NCBI GenBank assembly: GCA_040218735.1 | Contig: JAVJQW010000011.1 | Coordinates: forward strand, 64,001 to 128,000 | Direction of reading: 5' to 3' | From: Deltaproteobacteria bacterium | Lineage (GTDB): Bacteria; Myxococcota; Kuafuiibacteriia; Kuafuiibacteriales; Kuafuiibacteriaceae | DNA length: 64,000 nucleotides | In this document: piece after piece, positions 9,586 to 17,718 of the stretch | Numbering within the stretch: the stretch's first letter is position 1 | Layout of the letters: each line of letters starts with the position of its first letter | Notes under the pieces: model-generated | What the model saw: the letters and a program-made list of their open reading frames with translations, nothing else | Databases searched by the model: none | What the model was told of the DNA's origin: nothing | Position numbers and translations under genes: made by a program

Positions 9586-11711
9586 AACGCAAGAAGGTCG
9601 AGACCGTCCTCCAGATGGAGGCCGTAGAGTGCGGCGCCGCGTCACTCGCGATGATCCTCGGCTACTACGGCGCGCACGTCCCGCTCGAAGAGCTCCGCTA
9701 CGAGTGCGGCGTGTCGCGCGACGGCACCAAGGCCGGCAACATCCTCCGCGCCGCGCGCACCTACGGCCTCACCGCGAAGGGCTTCAAGAAGGAGCCGTCG
9801 CAGCTCGCCGAGATGCCGCTCCCCGCGGTGCTGCACTGGAACTTTCAGCACTTCCTCGTGCTCGAAGGCATCGACGACGAAAAGGCGTGGCTCAACGATC
9901 CCGCGCTCGGTCAACGGACCGTCACCCTCGAACAGCTCGACGAGGCCTTCACGGGCGTCGTCCTCACCTTCGAACCCAACGACGCGTTCAAAAAGCGCGG
10001 CGCGCCGATGCGAGTGTGGCCGAAGCTCCTGGAACGCATCCAGGGTTCGAAGTCCGCGCTCGTCTTCGCCGTCGTCGCCGGGCTCCTCCTCGCGGTGCCG
10101 GGGATCGTGATCCCCCTCCTCGCGCGGATCTTCGTCGACGAGATCCTCGTGGGCGGAAAGACGAGCTGGCTCCTCCCGCTCCTCGCCTTCGCCGCGCTCC
10201 TCCTCGTCCTGCAGTCCGGGCTCGGCCGACTGCGCGCGAAGAACCTCCTCGACTTCCGCACCAAGCTCTCCGTCCTGGGCTCGGCGCGCTTCATCTGGCA
10301 CACGCTGCGGATCGAGCCGCGGTTCTTCGAAGCGCGCTTGCCGGGCGACGTCGCGATGCGCGCCGGCCTCGAGTCTTCGCTCGCGGGGACCCTCGCCGGG
10401 CAGCTCGCGAGCACCTTCATCGATCTGCTGCTCGTCGTCTTCTACCTGATCGTGATGCTGTCGTTCGACGTCCCGCTCACGCTCGCCGCCGTGACCGCCG
10501 CCGCGATCAACATCGTCGCGCTCCGGATGATCCAGTCCCACCGCGCGACCCTGAGCAACCGCGCGTCGCGCGCCGAGTCGAACCTCAACGGCGTGCAGTC
10601 GGCGGGGCTCATGCAGATCGAGACGCTCAAGTCGACGGGATCCGAGAGCCAGTTCTTCGAACGCTGGGCCGGGAACTACGCCCACGTCGTGAACACCAAG
10701 CAGGAGTCGACCGACAGCAACCTGCGCCTCGGCCTCGTGCCCGCGCTCCTCGGTGGGATCTCCACCGCGGTCATCCTCTGCTGGGGCGCGACCCGCGTGC
10801 TCGACGGCGCGATGACGATGGGGACGCTCGTCGCGTTCCAAGCGCTCACCGCCTCGTTCCTCGGCCCGGTCCAGCGCGTCCTCGGGCTGTGGTCGACGGT
10901 CCAGATGCTCCCCGGCAACCTGGTCCGCCTCGACGACGTCCTGAAACAACGCGTCGACGACCCGTTCGGCGAAGGCAACGATCGGACGCCGCTCGTCGGG
11001 CGCGTCGAGCTGGAGGGCGTGACGTTTGGCTACAGCCCGCGCGAGCCGCCGCTGCTCGACGACTTCTCGCTCACCGTCGAACCGGGGCAACGCGTCGCGC
11101 TCGTCGGGAGCTCCGGGAGCGGCAAGAGCACCATCGCGAAGCTCATCGCCGGCGTGTATCCGCCGTGGGCCGGCACGGTCCTCTTCGACGGGCGACCGCC
11201 GAACACGATCGACCGCCGCGCGTTCCTGGACGCGTTCAGCGTGGTGAACCAGGAGATCATCCTCTTCGAAGGCACTGTCCGCGAGAACCTCACGTTCTGG
11301 GACGACTCGATCCCGCAGGAGGACGTCGTGCGCGCGGCGAAGGACGCGTGCATCCACGAACACATCGTCGGCCTCCCGAACGGCTACGACACAAAGCTCG
11401 AAGAGGCCGGCCGGAACCTGAGCGGCGGGCAGCGGCAGCGCCTCGAGCTCGCGCGCGCGCTCGTCAAGAACCCGGCGCTCCTCGTGCTCGACGAAGCGAC
11501 GAGCGCGCTCGACTCGACGGTCGAGCAGCAGATCGATCGCAACCTGAGGCGCCGTGGGTGCACCTGCCTGATCGTCGCGCACCGCCTGAGCACCGTGCGC
11601 GACGCGGATCAGATCGTCGTCCTCGAACGCGGCAAGGTCGTGGAGCGCGGGACCCACGACGACCTGTACGCGTCCGACGGCACCTACAAACGACTGGTGG
11701 CGTCGGCATGA
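9582..11711 (+). CDS. NHLP-family ABC transporter with C39 peptidase, permease and ATPase domains
   Basis: LQMEAVECGAASL (catalytic Cys), CGVSRDG, HWNFQHF (His), NDPA; Walker A GSSGSGKS; LSGGQRQR; LDEATSALD. GTG start overlaps the upstream TGA. Confidence 0.93.
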   Translation: MKRKKVETVLQMEAVECGAASLAMILGYYGAHVPLEELRYECGVSRDGTKAGNILRAARTYGLTAKGFKKEPSQLAEMPLPAVLHWNFQHFLVLEGIDDEKAWLNDPALGQRTVTLEQLDEAFTGVVLTFEPNDAFKKRGAPMRVWPKLLERIQGSKSALVFAVVAGLLLAVPGIVIPLLARIFVDEILVGGKTSWLLPLLAFAALLLVLQSGLGRLRAKNLLDFRTKLSVLGSARFIWHTLRIEPRFFEARLPGDVAMRAGLESSLAGTLAGQLASTFIDLLLVVFYLIVMLSFDVPLTLAAVTAAAINIVALRMIQSHRATLSNRASRAESNLNGVQSAGLMQIETLKSTGSESQFFERWAGNYAHVVNTKQESTDSNLRLGLVPALLGGISTAVILCWGATRVLDGAMTMGTLVAFQALTASFLGPVQRVLGLWSTVQMLPGNLVRLDDVLKQRVDDPFGEGNDRTPLVGRVELEGVTFGYSPREPPLLDDFSLTVEPGQRVALVGSSGSGKSTIAKLIAGVYPPWAGTVLFDGRPPNTIDRRAFLDAFSVVNQEIILFEGTVRENLTFWDDSIPQEDVVRAAKDACIHEHIVGLPNGYDTKLEEAGRNLSGGQRQRLELARALVKNPALLVLDEATSALDSTVEQQIDRNLRRRGCTCLIVAHRLSTVRDADQIVVLERGKVVERGTHDDLYASDGTYKRLVASA

Positions 11712-14269
11712 CCAGCGCGACGTACGACAGCCGAACGACCCGCTCCATCGAGGGCAACGCCCCGCTGTGGCTCGTCGGCGACGGCGCGTGGCGGGTCGTC
11801 GGCGGCGAGGTCGATCTGTTCGTGGTGCAGCGGCGAGACGGCCGCGCCGTCGGGCGGCGCCGCTACCTCGGACAGATCGGCGCGAACGCCCTCCTCCTGG
11901 AGCTCGAGTGCGACGCCGAGCATCAGCTCCTCGCCGTCGGGGTGCTCGGCACGACGGTCGAGCGTGTCGAAGACCCGTCCCCGAGCGACCCCGCGCTCGG
12001 CCCCTGGCGCAAGATCTTCGGCGGCGAGGATCCCCGCGTCGCCGCCCAGACCTTCCTGGCCGACGAGGCCCCCCGCGAATTGAACGCCCGTGCGGCGATC
12101 CGCGATCGGGTGGAGGCCGGCGTCGAGCGCAACCGCGACCTCTTCGACGCCGCCCTGCGAGGCCTCGGCGATCTCCGCCTCCGCGGCGCCGCGAAGTGGT
12201 CGCCGCCCGACGAACCGTTGGCCTTCGCGATCGCCCACGTCGCGCGCGCCGAGGGCATGACGCCGCCCGCGAGCGCGTTCGAGGACCTCGGCGAAGGTGA
12301 CGCCAAGACGCGCCTCGAACGCTTCGGCCGCCGCGCTCGCGCGCGGAGCCGGCGCGTGTTGCTGCGCGGGGACTGGTTCAGAACCGACGCCGGCTCCCTC
12401 GTCGCGTTCGAGGACCGCGGCGTCGACAAGCCTTACCCCGTCGCGTTGGTCCGCACCGCGGCGGGTTACGTGCTGCACGCCGCACAGGAGGCGCCCGTCG
12501 CCGTCGACCGCGAGGTCTCGGACCGGCTGACCGGCGAGGCGTTCCAGCTCTACCCGGGCTTCGACAAGGACCGCATCACACCCGTCGATCTCGTTCGCTT
12601 CGCGATGCGCGGCCGACGCACCGACGCGATCGTGATGGCCGCGATCGGGATCGCGGGTGCGGTCGTGGGGTCCGCCGTCCCGCTCGCGACGAAGGAGATC
12701 TTCGGCACCGTCATTCCGAACGCCGCGCACTCGATGCTGTGGTTGGTGTTCGCGGCGCTCATCGGGCTCACCGTCGCGCAGGCGGTGTTCCAGCTGTCGA
12801 TGGGGCTCGCGCAGCTGCGGCTCGAGTCGCGCACCACCGCCGCGTCGCAGGCGGCGGTCCTGGATCGTGTGCTCAGCCTGCCGATGGGATTCTTCCGGCG
12901 GTTCGGCACGGGGGATCTGTCGCAGCGCGCGATGGGCATCGAACAGATCCGCTCGATGCTCTCGGGGACGGTCTTTGCGTCGTTGATGTCGTTTGTCTTC
13001 TCGCTGTCGAGCTTCGCGCTCTTGTTCTACTTCAGCCTCCAGCTCGCGCTCGCGGGGCTCGTGCTCGTCCTGATCGCCGGGGGCGTCGCGGTGTTCAGCG
13101 CGTGGATCGACGTGCGACTGATGCGGCGCATGGAGGAAGCGCGCGGCGCGACTTCGAACTACCTCCTCGAAAACCTCGCGGGGATCGCCAAGATCAAATC
13201 GGCGGGCGCCGAGGCCCACGTGTTCGCGGAGTGGTCGAAGCGCTTCGGGCGACAGTGGTCACTCACGTATCGCTCGACGGACATCCAGAACGACGTGCAG
13301 ACCTTCACCACCGCGTTCCCGCTGTTCTGTTCGATGGTGCTGTTCTTCATCGTCGGCAACTCGGGCGGCGACATCGGTACCGCCGACTACGTCGCGTTCT
13401 CCGCCGCGTTCACCGCGTTCAACGGGGCCGCGCTCGGCCTGATCAACGCCGGGCTGATGGCCCTCAGGATCGTCCCGCTCTACGAGCGCGCGCGGCCGAT
13501 CCTCGAGACAACGCCCGAGGTCCCGACCGAACGCCTCGCCGACGTGGACCTGAACGGGAAGATCGAGGTCAGCCACGTGAGCTTCGGCTACGACCCGGAG
13601 GCGCCGGTGCTCGAGGACGTCAGCTTCGAGGTCCCCGCCGGCCAGATGGTCGCGCTGGTCGGTCCCTCCGGCTCCGGGAAGTCGACGCTGGTGCGGCTCC
13701 TCCTCGGGTTCGAGACACCGACGTCCGGCGCGGTGTACTTCGACGACCAAGACCTGTCCGAGATGAACGCCGAGGCCGTGCGCCGGAACATGGGCGTCGT
13801 GACCCAGACCGGCGAGGTCCTCGGCGGAACGATCCTCGAGAACATCCGCGGCGGGACCGACGCGACGATGGAGCAGGTCTGGACCGCCGCGGAGCGCGCG
13901 GCGTTCGCCGACGAGATCCGCGCGATGCCGATGGGGATGCACACCGTCCTCCAGCCGCGCGGCGGGACACTCTCCGGCGGCCAGCGGCAGCGCCTGCGGA
14001 TCTCGCGGGCGCTGGTCGAAGAGCCGAAGATCCTCGTCCTCGACGAAGCGACGAGCGCGCTCGACAACCGGACGCAGGCGGTCGTCACGGACAGCCTGCA
14101 GGCGCTCGGCGTGACGCGGCTGGTGATCGCGCACCGGCTCAGCACGATCGAGCGCGCGGACCTGATCGTCTACCTCGAGGACGGGCGCGTGGTGGAGCGC
14201 GGCACGTTCGAGGAGCTCATGGCGCTCGACGGCGCCTTCGCGAAGCTGGCGCGCCGGCAGCAGGCGTGA
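11708..14269 (+). CDS. NHLP bacteriocin-system second ABC transporter (permease/ATPase, no peptidase)
   Basis: N-terminal WxVxxGEVDLF cNMP-like segment, RRVLLRGDWFRTDAGSLV motif, TM bundle, GPSGSGKS, LSGGQRQR. ATG 11708 overlaps the upstream TGA. Confidence 0.9.
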   Translation: MTSATYDSRTTRSIEGNAPLWLVGDGAWRVVGGEVDLFVVQRRDGRAVGRRRYLGQIGANALLLELECDAEHQLLAVGVLGTTVERVEDPSPSDPALGPWRKIFGGEDPRVAAQTFLADEAPRELNARAAIRDRVEAGVERNRDLFDAALRGLGDLRLRGAAKWSPPDEPLAFAIAHVARAEGMTPPASAFEDLGEGDAKTRLERFGRRARARSRRVLLRGDWFRTDAGSLVAFEDRGVDKPYPVALVRTAAGYVLHAAQEAPVAVDREVSDRLTGEAFQLYPGFDKDRITPVDLVRFAMRGRRTDAIVMAAIGIAGAVVGSAVPLATKEIFGTVIPNAAHSMLWLVFAALIGLTVAQAVFQLSMGLAQLRLESRTTAASQAAVLDRVLSLPMGFFRRFGTGDLSQRAMGIEQIRSMLSGTVFASLMSFVFSLSSFALLFYFSLQLALAGLVLVLIAGGVAVFSAWIDVRLMRRMEEARGATSNYLLENLAGIAKIKSAGAEAHVFAEWSKRFGRQWSLTYRSTDIQNDVQTFTTAFPLFCSMVLFFIVGNSGGDIGTADYVAFSAAFTAFNGAALGLINAGLMALRIVPLYERARPILETTPEVPTERLADVDLNGKIEVSHVSFGYDPEAPVLEDVSFEVPAGQMVALVGPSGSGKSTLVRLLLGFETPTSGAVYFDDQDLSEMNAEAVRRNMGVVTQTGEVLGGTILENIRGGTDATMEQVWTAAERAAFADEIRAMPMGMHTVLQPRGGTLSGGQRQRLRISRALVEEPKILVLDEATSALDNRTQAVVTDSLQALGVTRLVIAHRLSTIERADLIVYLEDGRVVERGTFEELMALDGAFAKLARRQQA

Positions 14270-14279
14270 GGAGGAACCG

Positions 14280-14777
14280 ATGCGACAGGCTTTGTACATC
14301 CTAGGGCAACTCACGGACGACGACGTGGAGTGGATGATCCAAAACGGTCGTCGCCACGCCGCGCGCACCGGCGACGTCCTGATCCGCGAGGGTGAGCCGG
14401 TGCGGTCGCTGTTCGTGCTGCTCGACGGCCTCGTCGCGATCGAGCGTGGCGGCAAGCGGATCAACACGTCGCAACCGGGTGAGTTCTTGGGAGAGCTGTC
14501 CTTCGTGGACTCGCGGCCGCCGAGCGCGACGGTCAAGGCGGCCCGCGACTCATCGCTCCTCGAATTGCCGCGTGACGTGCTGGTGCGCCACCTCGGTGAA
14601 GACCTCGGGTTCGCGAGCCGCTTCTACCGCGCGGTGGCGGTGTTCCTCGCCGACCGCGTGCGCGCGGAGATCGGCGGAGGTCACGATCCGGACGAGCTCG
14701 ATCCGGACGTGCTCGACGAGGTGAGTCGGGCGGGCGAGCGGTTCACGCGGATCCTTCAGAGGTTTCAGCGAGCGTGA
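14280..14777 (+). CDS. Cyclic nucleotide-binding domain protein of the bacteriocin-transport-associated type
   Basis: LYILGQLTDDDVEWM start, VLIREGE, GEFLGELSFVDSRPPSATVKA, GFASRFYRAVA, DELD. GAGGAG RBS upstream. Confidence 0.85.
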   Translation: MRQALYILGQLTDDDVEWMIQNGRRHAARTGDVLIREGEPVRSLFVLLDGLVAIERGGKRINTSQPGEFLGELSFVDSRPPSATVKAARDSSLLELPRDVLVRHLGEDLGFASRFYRAVAVFLADRVRAEIGGGHDPDELDPDVLDEVSRAGERFTRILQRFQRA

Positions 14778-14785
14778 GCGGTGAC

Positions 14786-14810
14786 GTGTCACAAGCGCGG
14801 GCGGTGACAC
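14786..14810. promoter_or_regulatory. Perfect inverted repeat GTGTCAC-N11-GTGACAC, putative activator site
   Basis: Read directly from the sequence; overlaps a GCGGTGAC direct repeat (14778 and 14801). Confidence 0.55.
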
Positions 14811-14838
14811 AGAGGACACGATCGAGGCGCGGCCGCGG

Positions 14839-14854
14839 TGGCCCGCTTGGTGCA
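14839..14854 (+). promoter_or_regulatory. Putative sigma54 (-24/-12) promoter of the precursor gene
   Basis: TGGCCCGCTTGGTGCA with GG-N10-GC spacing, 50 nt upstream of ATG 14905; GGAGGA upstream of the start. Confidence 0.55.
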
Positions 14855-14904
14855 TTTCGAAAACGTAGGCGCGACACGATAGGCGCGCGGAGGAATGAAG
14901 AGAG

Positions 14905-15585
14905 ATGAAGAGCATCACCATCAACGGAAAGACGTACTACCCGGGCGACGAGGTCGAAGTGGAGATCGATGGGCAAAAGCATCGACTCCCGTTCCCCAAG
15001 GACCCGGGCGTGTCCGAATCGGGCGAGCTCAGCGACGATGCGCTGGACGCCGTCACCGGGGGCGCCGGAAGCTACCCGGTGTGTCCCGGATCCGAGGGTA
15101 CCGGCGGCACGCCCATCTGTGACGTGGCTTCGCTGTACATCGGCGCCCTCTGCTTCGAGACGGGGTCGACGCTCCAATGTTTCTGCTCGAGGAGCAACGG
15201 CTACGCCATCGACTCGTACACGAACTGCCAGGGGCTCGGTCCGGACACCACGGTGTCCGACGCTCGCGTGAAGCAGGACGTCCAGCCCCTCGAAGGCGCG
15301 CTCGACACCCTCCTCGCGCTCCGCGGCGTCACGTTCGCCTACGACGCCGAAAAGGCGCCCGGCACGCGGCCCGGTGAGCACGTCGGGTTCGTCGCGCAGG
15401 AGGTCGAAGAGGTCCTCCCCACCTGGGTGCACGAGGCCGGAGGCATCAAGCGCCTGAAGGCCGAGGGGCTCTCCTTCGAAGCGCTCGCCGTCGAGGCGCT
15501 CCGGGAGCTGAAGAAGCAGAACGAACGCCTCGCCGAAGACAACGCCGAGCTGCGCAAGCGGCTGGATCGAATCGAGTCCGCCTGA
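14905..15585 (+). CDS. Tripartite precursor: double-glycine NHLP-like leader, 6-Cys core, Peptidase_S74 intramolecular chaperone/autocleavage domain
   Basis: Leader ends ELSDDALDAVTGG (aa 41-53); Cys at 60, 72, 83, 92, 94, 108; SDARVK (S118/K123), LRGVTFAY, GFVAQEVEEVLP and a terminal coiled coil. Confidence 0.85.
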   Translation: MKSITINGKTYYPGDEVEVEIDGQKHRLPFPKDPGVSESGELSDDALDAVTGGAGSYPVCPGSEGTGGTPICDVASLYIGALCFETGSTLQCFCSRSNGYAIDSYTNCQGLGPDTTVSDARVKQDVQPLEGALDTLLALRGVTFAYDAEKAPGTRPGEHVGFVAQEVEEVLPTWVHEAGGIKRLKAEGLSFEALAVEALRELKKQNERLAEDNAELRKRLDRIESA

Positions 15586-15619
15586 TCCGCTTCTGCCCCG
15601 ACCTGCTACGCTGCGCGCG

Positions 15620-17686
15620 ATGTCGGACGTCGACCTCGCGCGCGTGCTCAACGAACGGTTCGGGCTCTCATCGTTCCGCCCCGGGCAGGAAGAAGCCATC
15701 CGCGCGCTCCTCGCCGACGGGCGCCTCCTCTGCATCCAGCCCACTGGCCACGGCAAGTCCCTGCTCTACCAGCTCCCGGCGACGCTCCTGCCGGGCATCA
15801 CGCTCGTCATCTCGCCGCTGCTCGCGCTCGTGCGCGATCAGGTGCAGCAGCTCGGCGAGCGCTTCTCGATCCACGCCGTCGCGATCAACTCCGACCAGGA
15901 GGACGACGAAAACGAGGCCGCGATGCGCGACGCCGCGAGCGGCGCTGCGAAGATCCTGTTCGTGTCCCCGGAGCGCCTCGACAACGTGGAGGCGTGGCAG
16001 TTCCTCCTGAGCCTCGCGGTCGACCTCGTCGTCGTCGACGAAGCGCACTGCATCTCGACGTGGGGGCACGACTTCCGCCCGTCGTACCGGCGCATCGTCG
16101 ACGCGGTGCAGAGCCTCTCCGGGCAGCGCGAAGGTGTGCGCGTCCTCGGCCTCACTGCGACGGCGTCGGCGCGCACCGAAGCGGACATCGCGCGGCAGCT
16201 CGCGCCGGATGCGGATCACCCGCTCACCGTGATGCGGGCGTCGATGGACCGCGCGAACCTCTCCCTCGCGACCCGGAGCGTGTCCGGCCCGGCGGAGAAG
16301 CTCGGCTGGCTCGACGCGTTCCTCGCGGACGCGGAGGGCACCGGCATCCTCTACTGCGCGACGCGCGATCAGACGGAGGTCGTCGCGGCGTTCCTCTCCG
16401 CGCGCGGGCACGACGTCGTCGCCTACCACGCGGGGCTCGCGCCCGAGGACAAGCGTCGGCTGCAGCAAGCGTTCACGCGCGGGGACCACAAGGCGATCGC
16501 CGCGACGAATGCGTTGGGGATGGGGATCGACAAGGCGGACCTGCGCTTCATCGTTCACGTCGACGTCCCGGGCTCGATCACCGCGTACTACCAGGAGGTC
16601 GGCCGCGCGGGACGCGACGGGGAGCCGGCCCGTGGCGTGCTGCTCTTCGACCCCGCCGACCGACGCATCCAGGCGCACTTCATCCGCTCCGCGCAGCCGA
16701 CCGCCGAGGACTTCGACCAAGTGCTCTCGGTGCTGCGTCCGGGGGGCGACGATGAGTGGCCGAACCTCACTCAGGTGAAGATGCGCTCCGGCCTCCACCC
16801 GACGCGCGTCACTGTCGTGCTCGCCGAGCTGCGCGAGCAGGGCCGCGTCGAGAAGGTCCTCGACCGCCGTCGCCAGGTCTACCGAACGATCGAGGGCGAC
16901 CACCCGCCGCTGGATCTGACGCGTTATATTCGACAGAACGAGGTCCGGACGAACGAGCTCGAGGCGATGATGCGCTACGCCGCGGCCGAGGTGCCGTGCG
17001 CGATGCAGGCGCTCCGCGTCGCGCTCGGTGACGACGGCGCCGAACGTTGCGGGCGCTGCGATCGGTGCGCACCCGATGCGTGGTCACTCCCGGCGCCGGG
17101 CGTTGGCGCCGAGGTCGCGGGGCGCTGGCTCTCGGATCGCGTCGTCCCGATCCCCGCGATGCGGACGAACAAGGTGTCCGAGGGCGTCGCGCTGATGACG
17201 AGCGAGGAGCGCAGCCCGCCGTTCCTGCACTTCATGAAGGCGCGCACGAACGCCACGTCGCTCGACGCGGTCGTGCTCGAGAACCTCGATGCACGCGCGG
17301 CCGAGCTCGCCGAGCTACATCGGTTCTCCGCGGTGGTCGCGGTGCCCTCTCGGACGTGGGCGCAGCGGACGGCCACCGGCGAGCGGCTCGCCGCGGCCGT
17401 CGGCGCGACGTTCGTCGAGGCCCTGCGTTGGCGCGAGCCGCCCGAGGCTCGCCAGGGCGAGCTGCTCAACAACGACCAGCGACGCGACAACGTGAAGGGC
17501 CGCCTCGACGCGGCGCTCGACGACGACGGCGGCGCGGTGCTCCTCGTCGACGACTACACCGGGAGCGGGTCGACCCTCGCGGAGGCCGCGCGTGCGCTCC
17601 GCAAGGATGCGGGTTGGTCCGGGGCGATCGTCCCGTTTGTCATCGCGAAGGTGCGCTGGCGGCTCGGCGCCCGCGGGATCGTCTGA
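15620..17686 (+). CDS. RecQ-family ATP-dependent DNA helicase with C-terminal PRTase-like domain
   Basis: PTGHGKS, DEAHCISTWGHDFRP, TATA, YYQEVGRAGRDG, Zn site CGRCDRC; C-terminal VLLVDDYTGSGSTL. Confidence 0.9.
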   Translation: MSDVDLARVLNERFGLSSFRPGQEEAIRALLADGRLLCIQPTGHGKSLLYQLPATLLPGITLVISPLLALVRDQVQQLGERFSIHAVAINSDQEDDENEAAMRDAASGAAKILFVSPERLDNVEAWQFLLSLAVDLVVVDEAHCISTWGHDFRPSYRRIVDAVQSLSGQREGVRVLGLTATASARTEADIARQLAPDADHPLTVMRASMDRANLSLATRSVSGPAEKLGWLDAFLADAEGTGILYCATRDQTEVVAAFLSARGHDVVAYHAGLAPEDKRRLQQAFTRGDHKAIAATNALGMGIDKADLRFIVHVDVPGSITAYYQEVGRAGRDGEPARGVLLFDPADRRIQAHFIRSAQPTAEDFDQVLSVLRPGGDDEWPNLTQVKMRSGLHPTRVTVVLAELREQGRVEKVLDRRRQVYRTIEGDHPPLDLTRYIRQNEVRTNELEAMMRYAAAEVPCAMQALRVALGDDGAERCGRCDRCAPDAWSLPAPGVGAEVAGRWLSDRVVPIPAMRTNKVSEGVALMTSEERSPPFLHFMKARTNATSLDAVVLENLDARAAELAELHRFSAVVAVPSRTWAQRTATGERLAAAVGATFVEALRWREPPEARQGELLNNDQRRDNVKGRLDAALDDDGGAVLLVDDYTGSGSTLAEAARALRKDAGWSGAIVPFVIAKVRWRLGARGIV

Positions 17687-17718
17687 CGGCGCGTCTTGGC
17701 GTACGCTCGGAGCAACGG

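Noticed and set aside
6673-14269. ORF-track calls 6673..9585 (970 aa) and 9428..14269 (1613 aa) as giant fusion proteins
   Set aside because: Their N-terminal halves are Arg/Pro-rich off-frame readings over tolC and the C39 transporter. Real starts are 8320 and 11708, with ATGA coupling.
14895-15122. Alternative 75-aa ORF starting at ATG 14895 as the precursor
   Set aside because: Arg-rich off-frame product with no leader motif; the 14905 frame carries all recognisable motifs.
15256-15585. S74 domain as evidence of a prophage tail-fibre remnant
   Set aside because: No phage structural, integrase or lysis genes in the window. The domain is in frame with an export leader, has its own promoter-like signals and keeps the Ser/Lys dyad.
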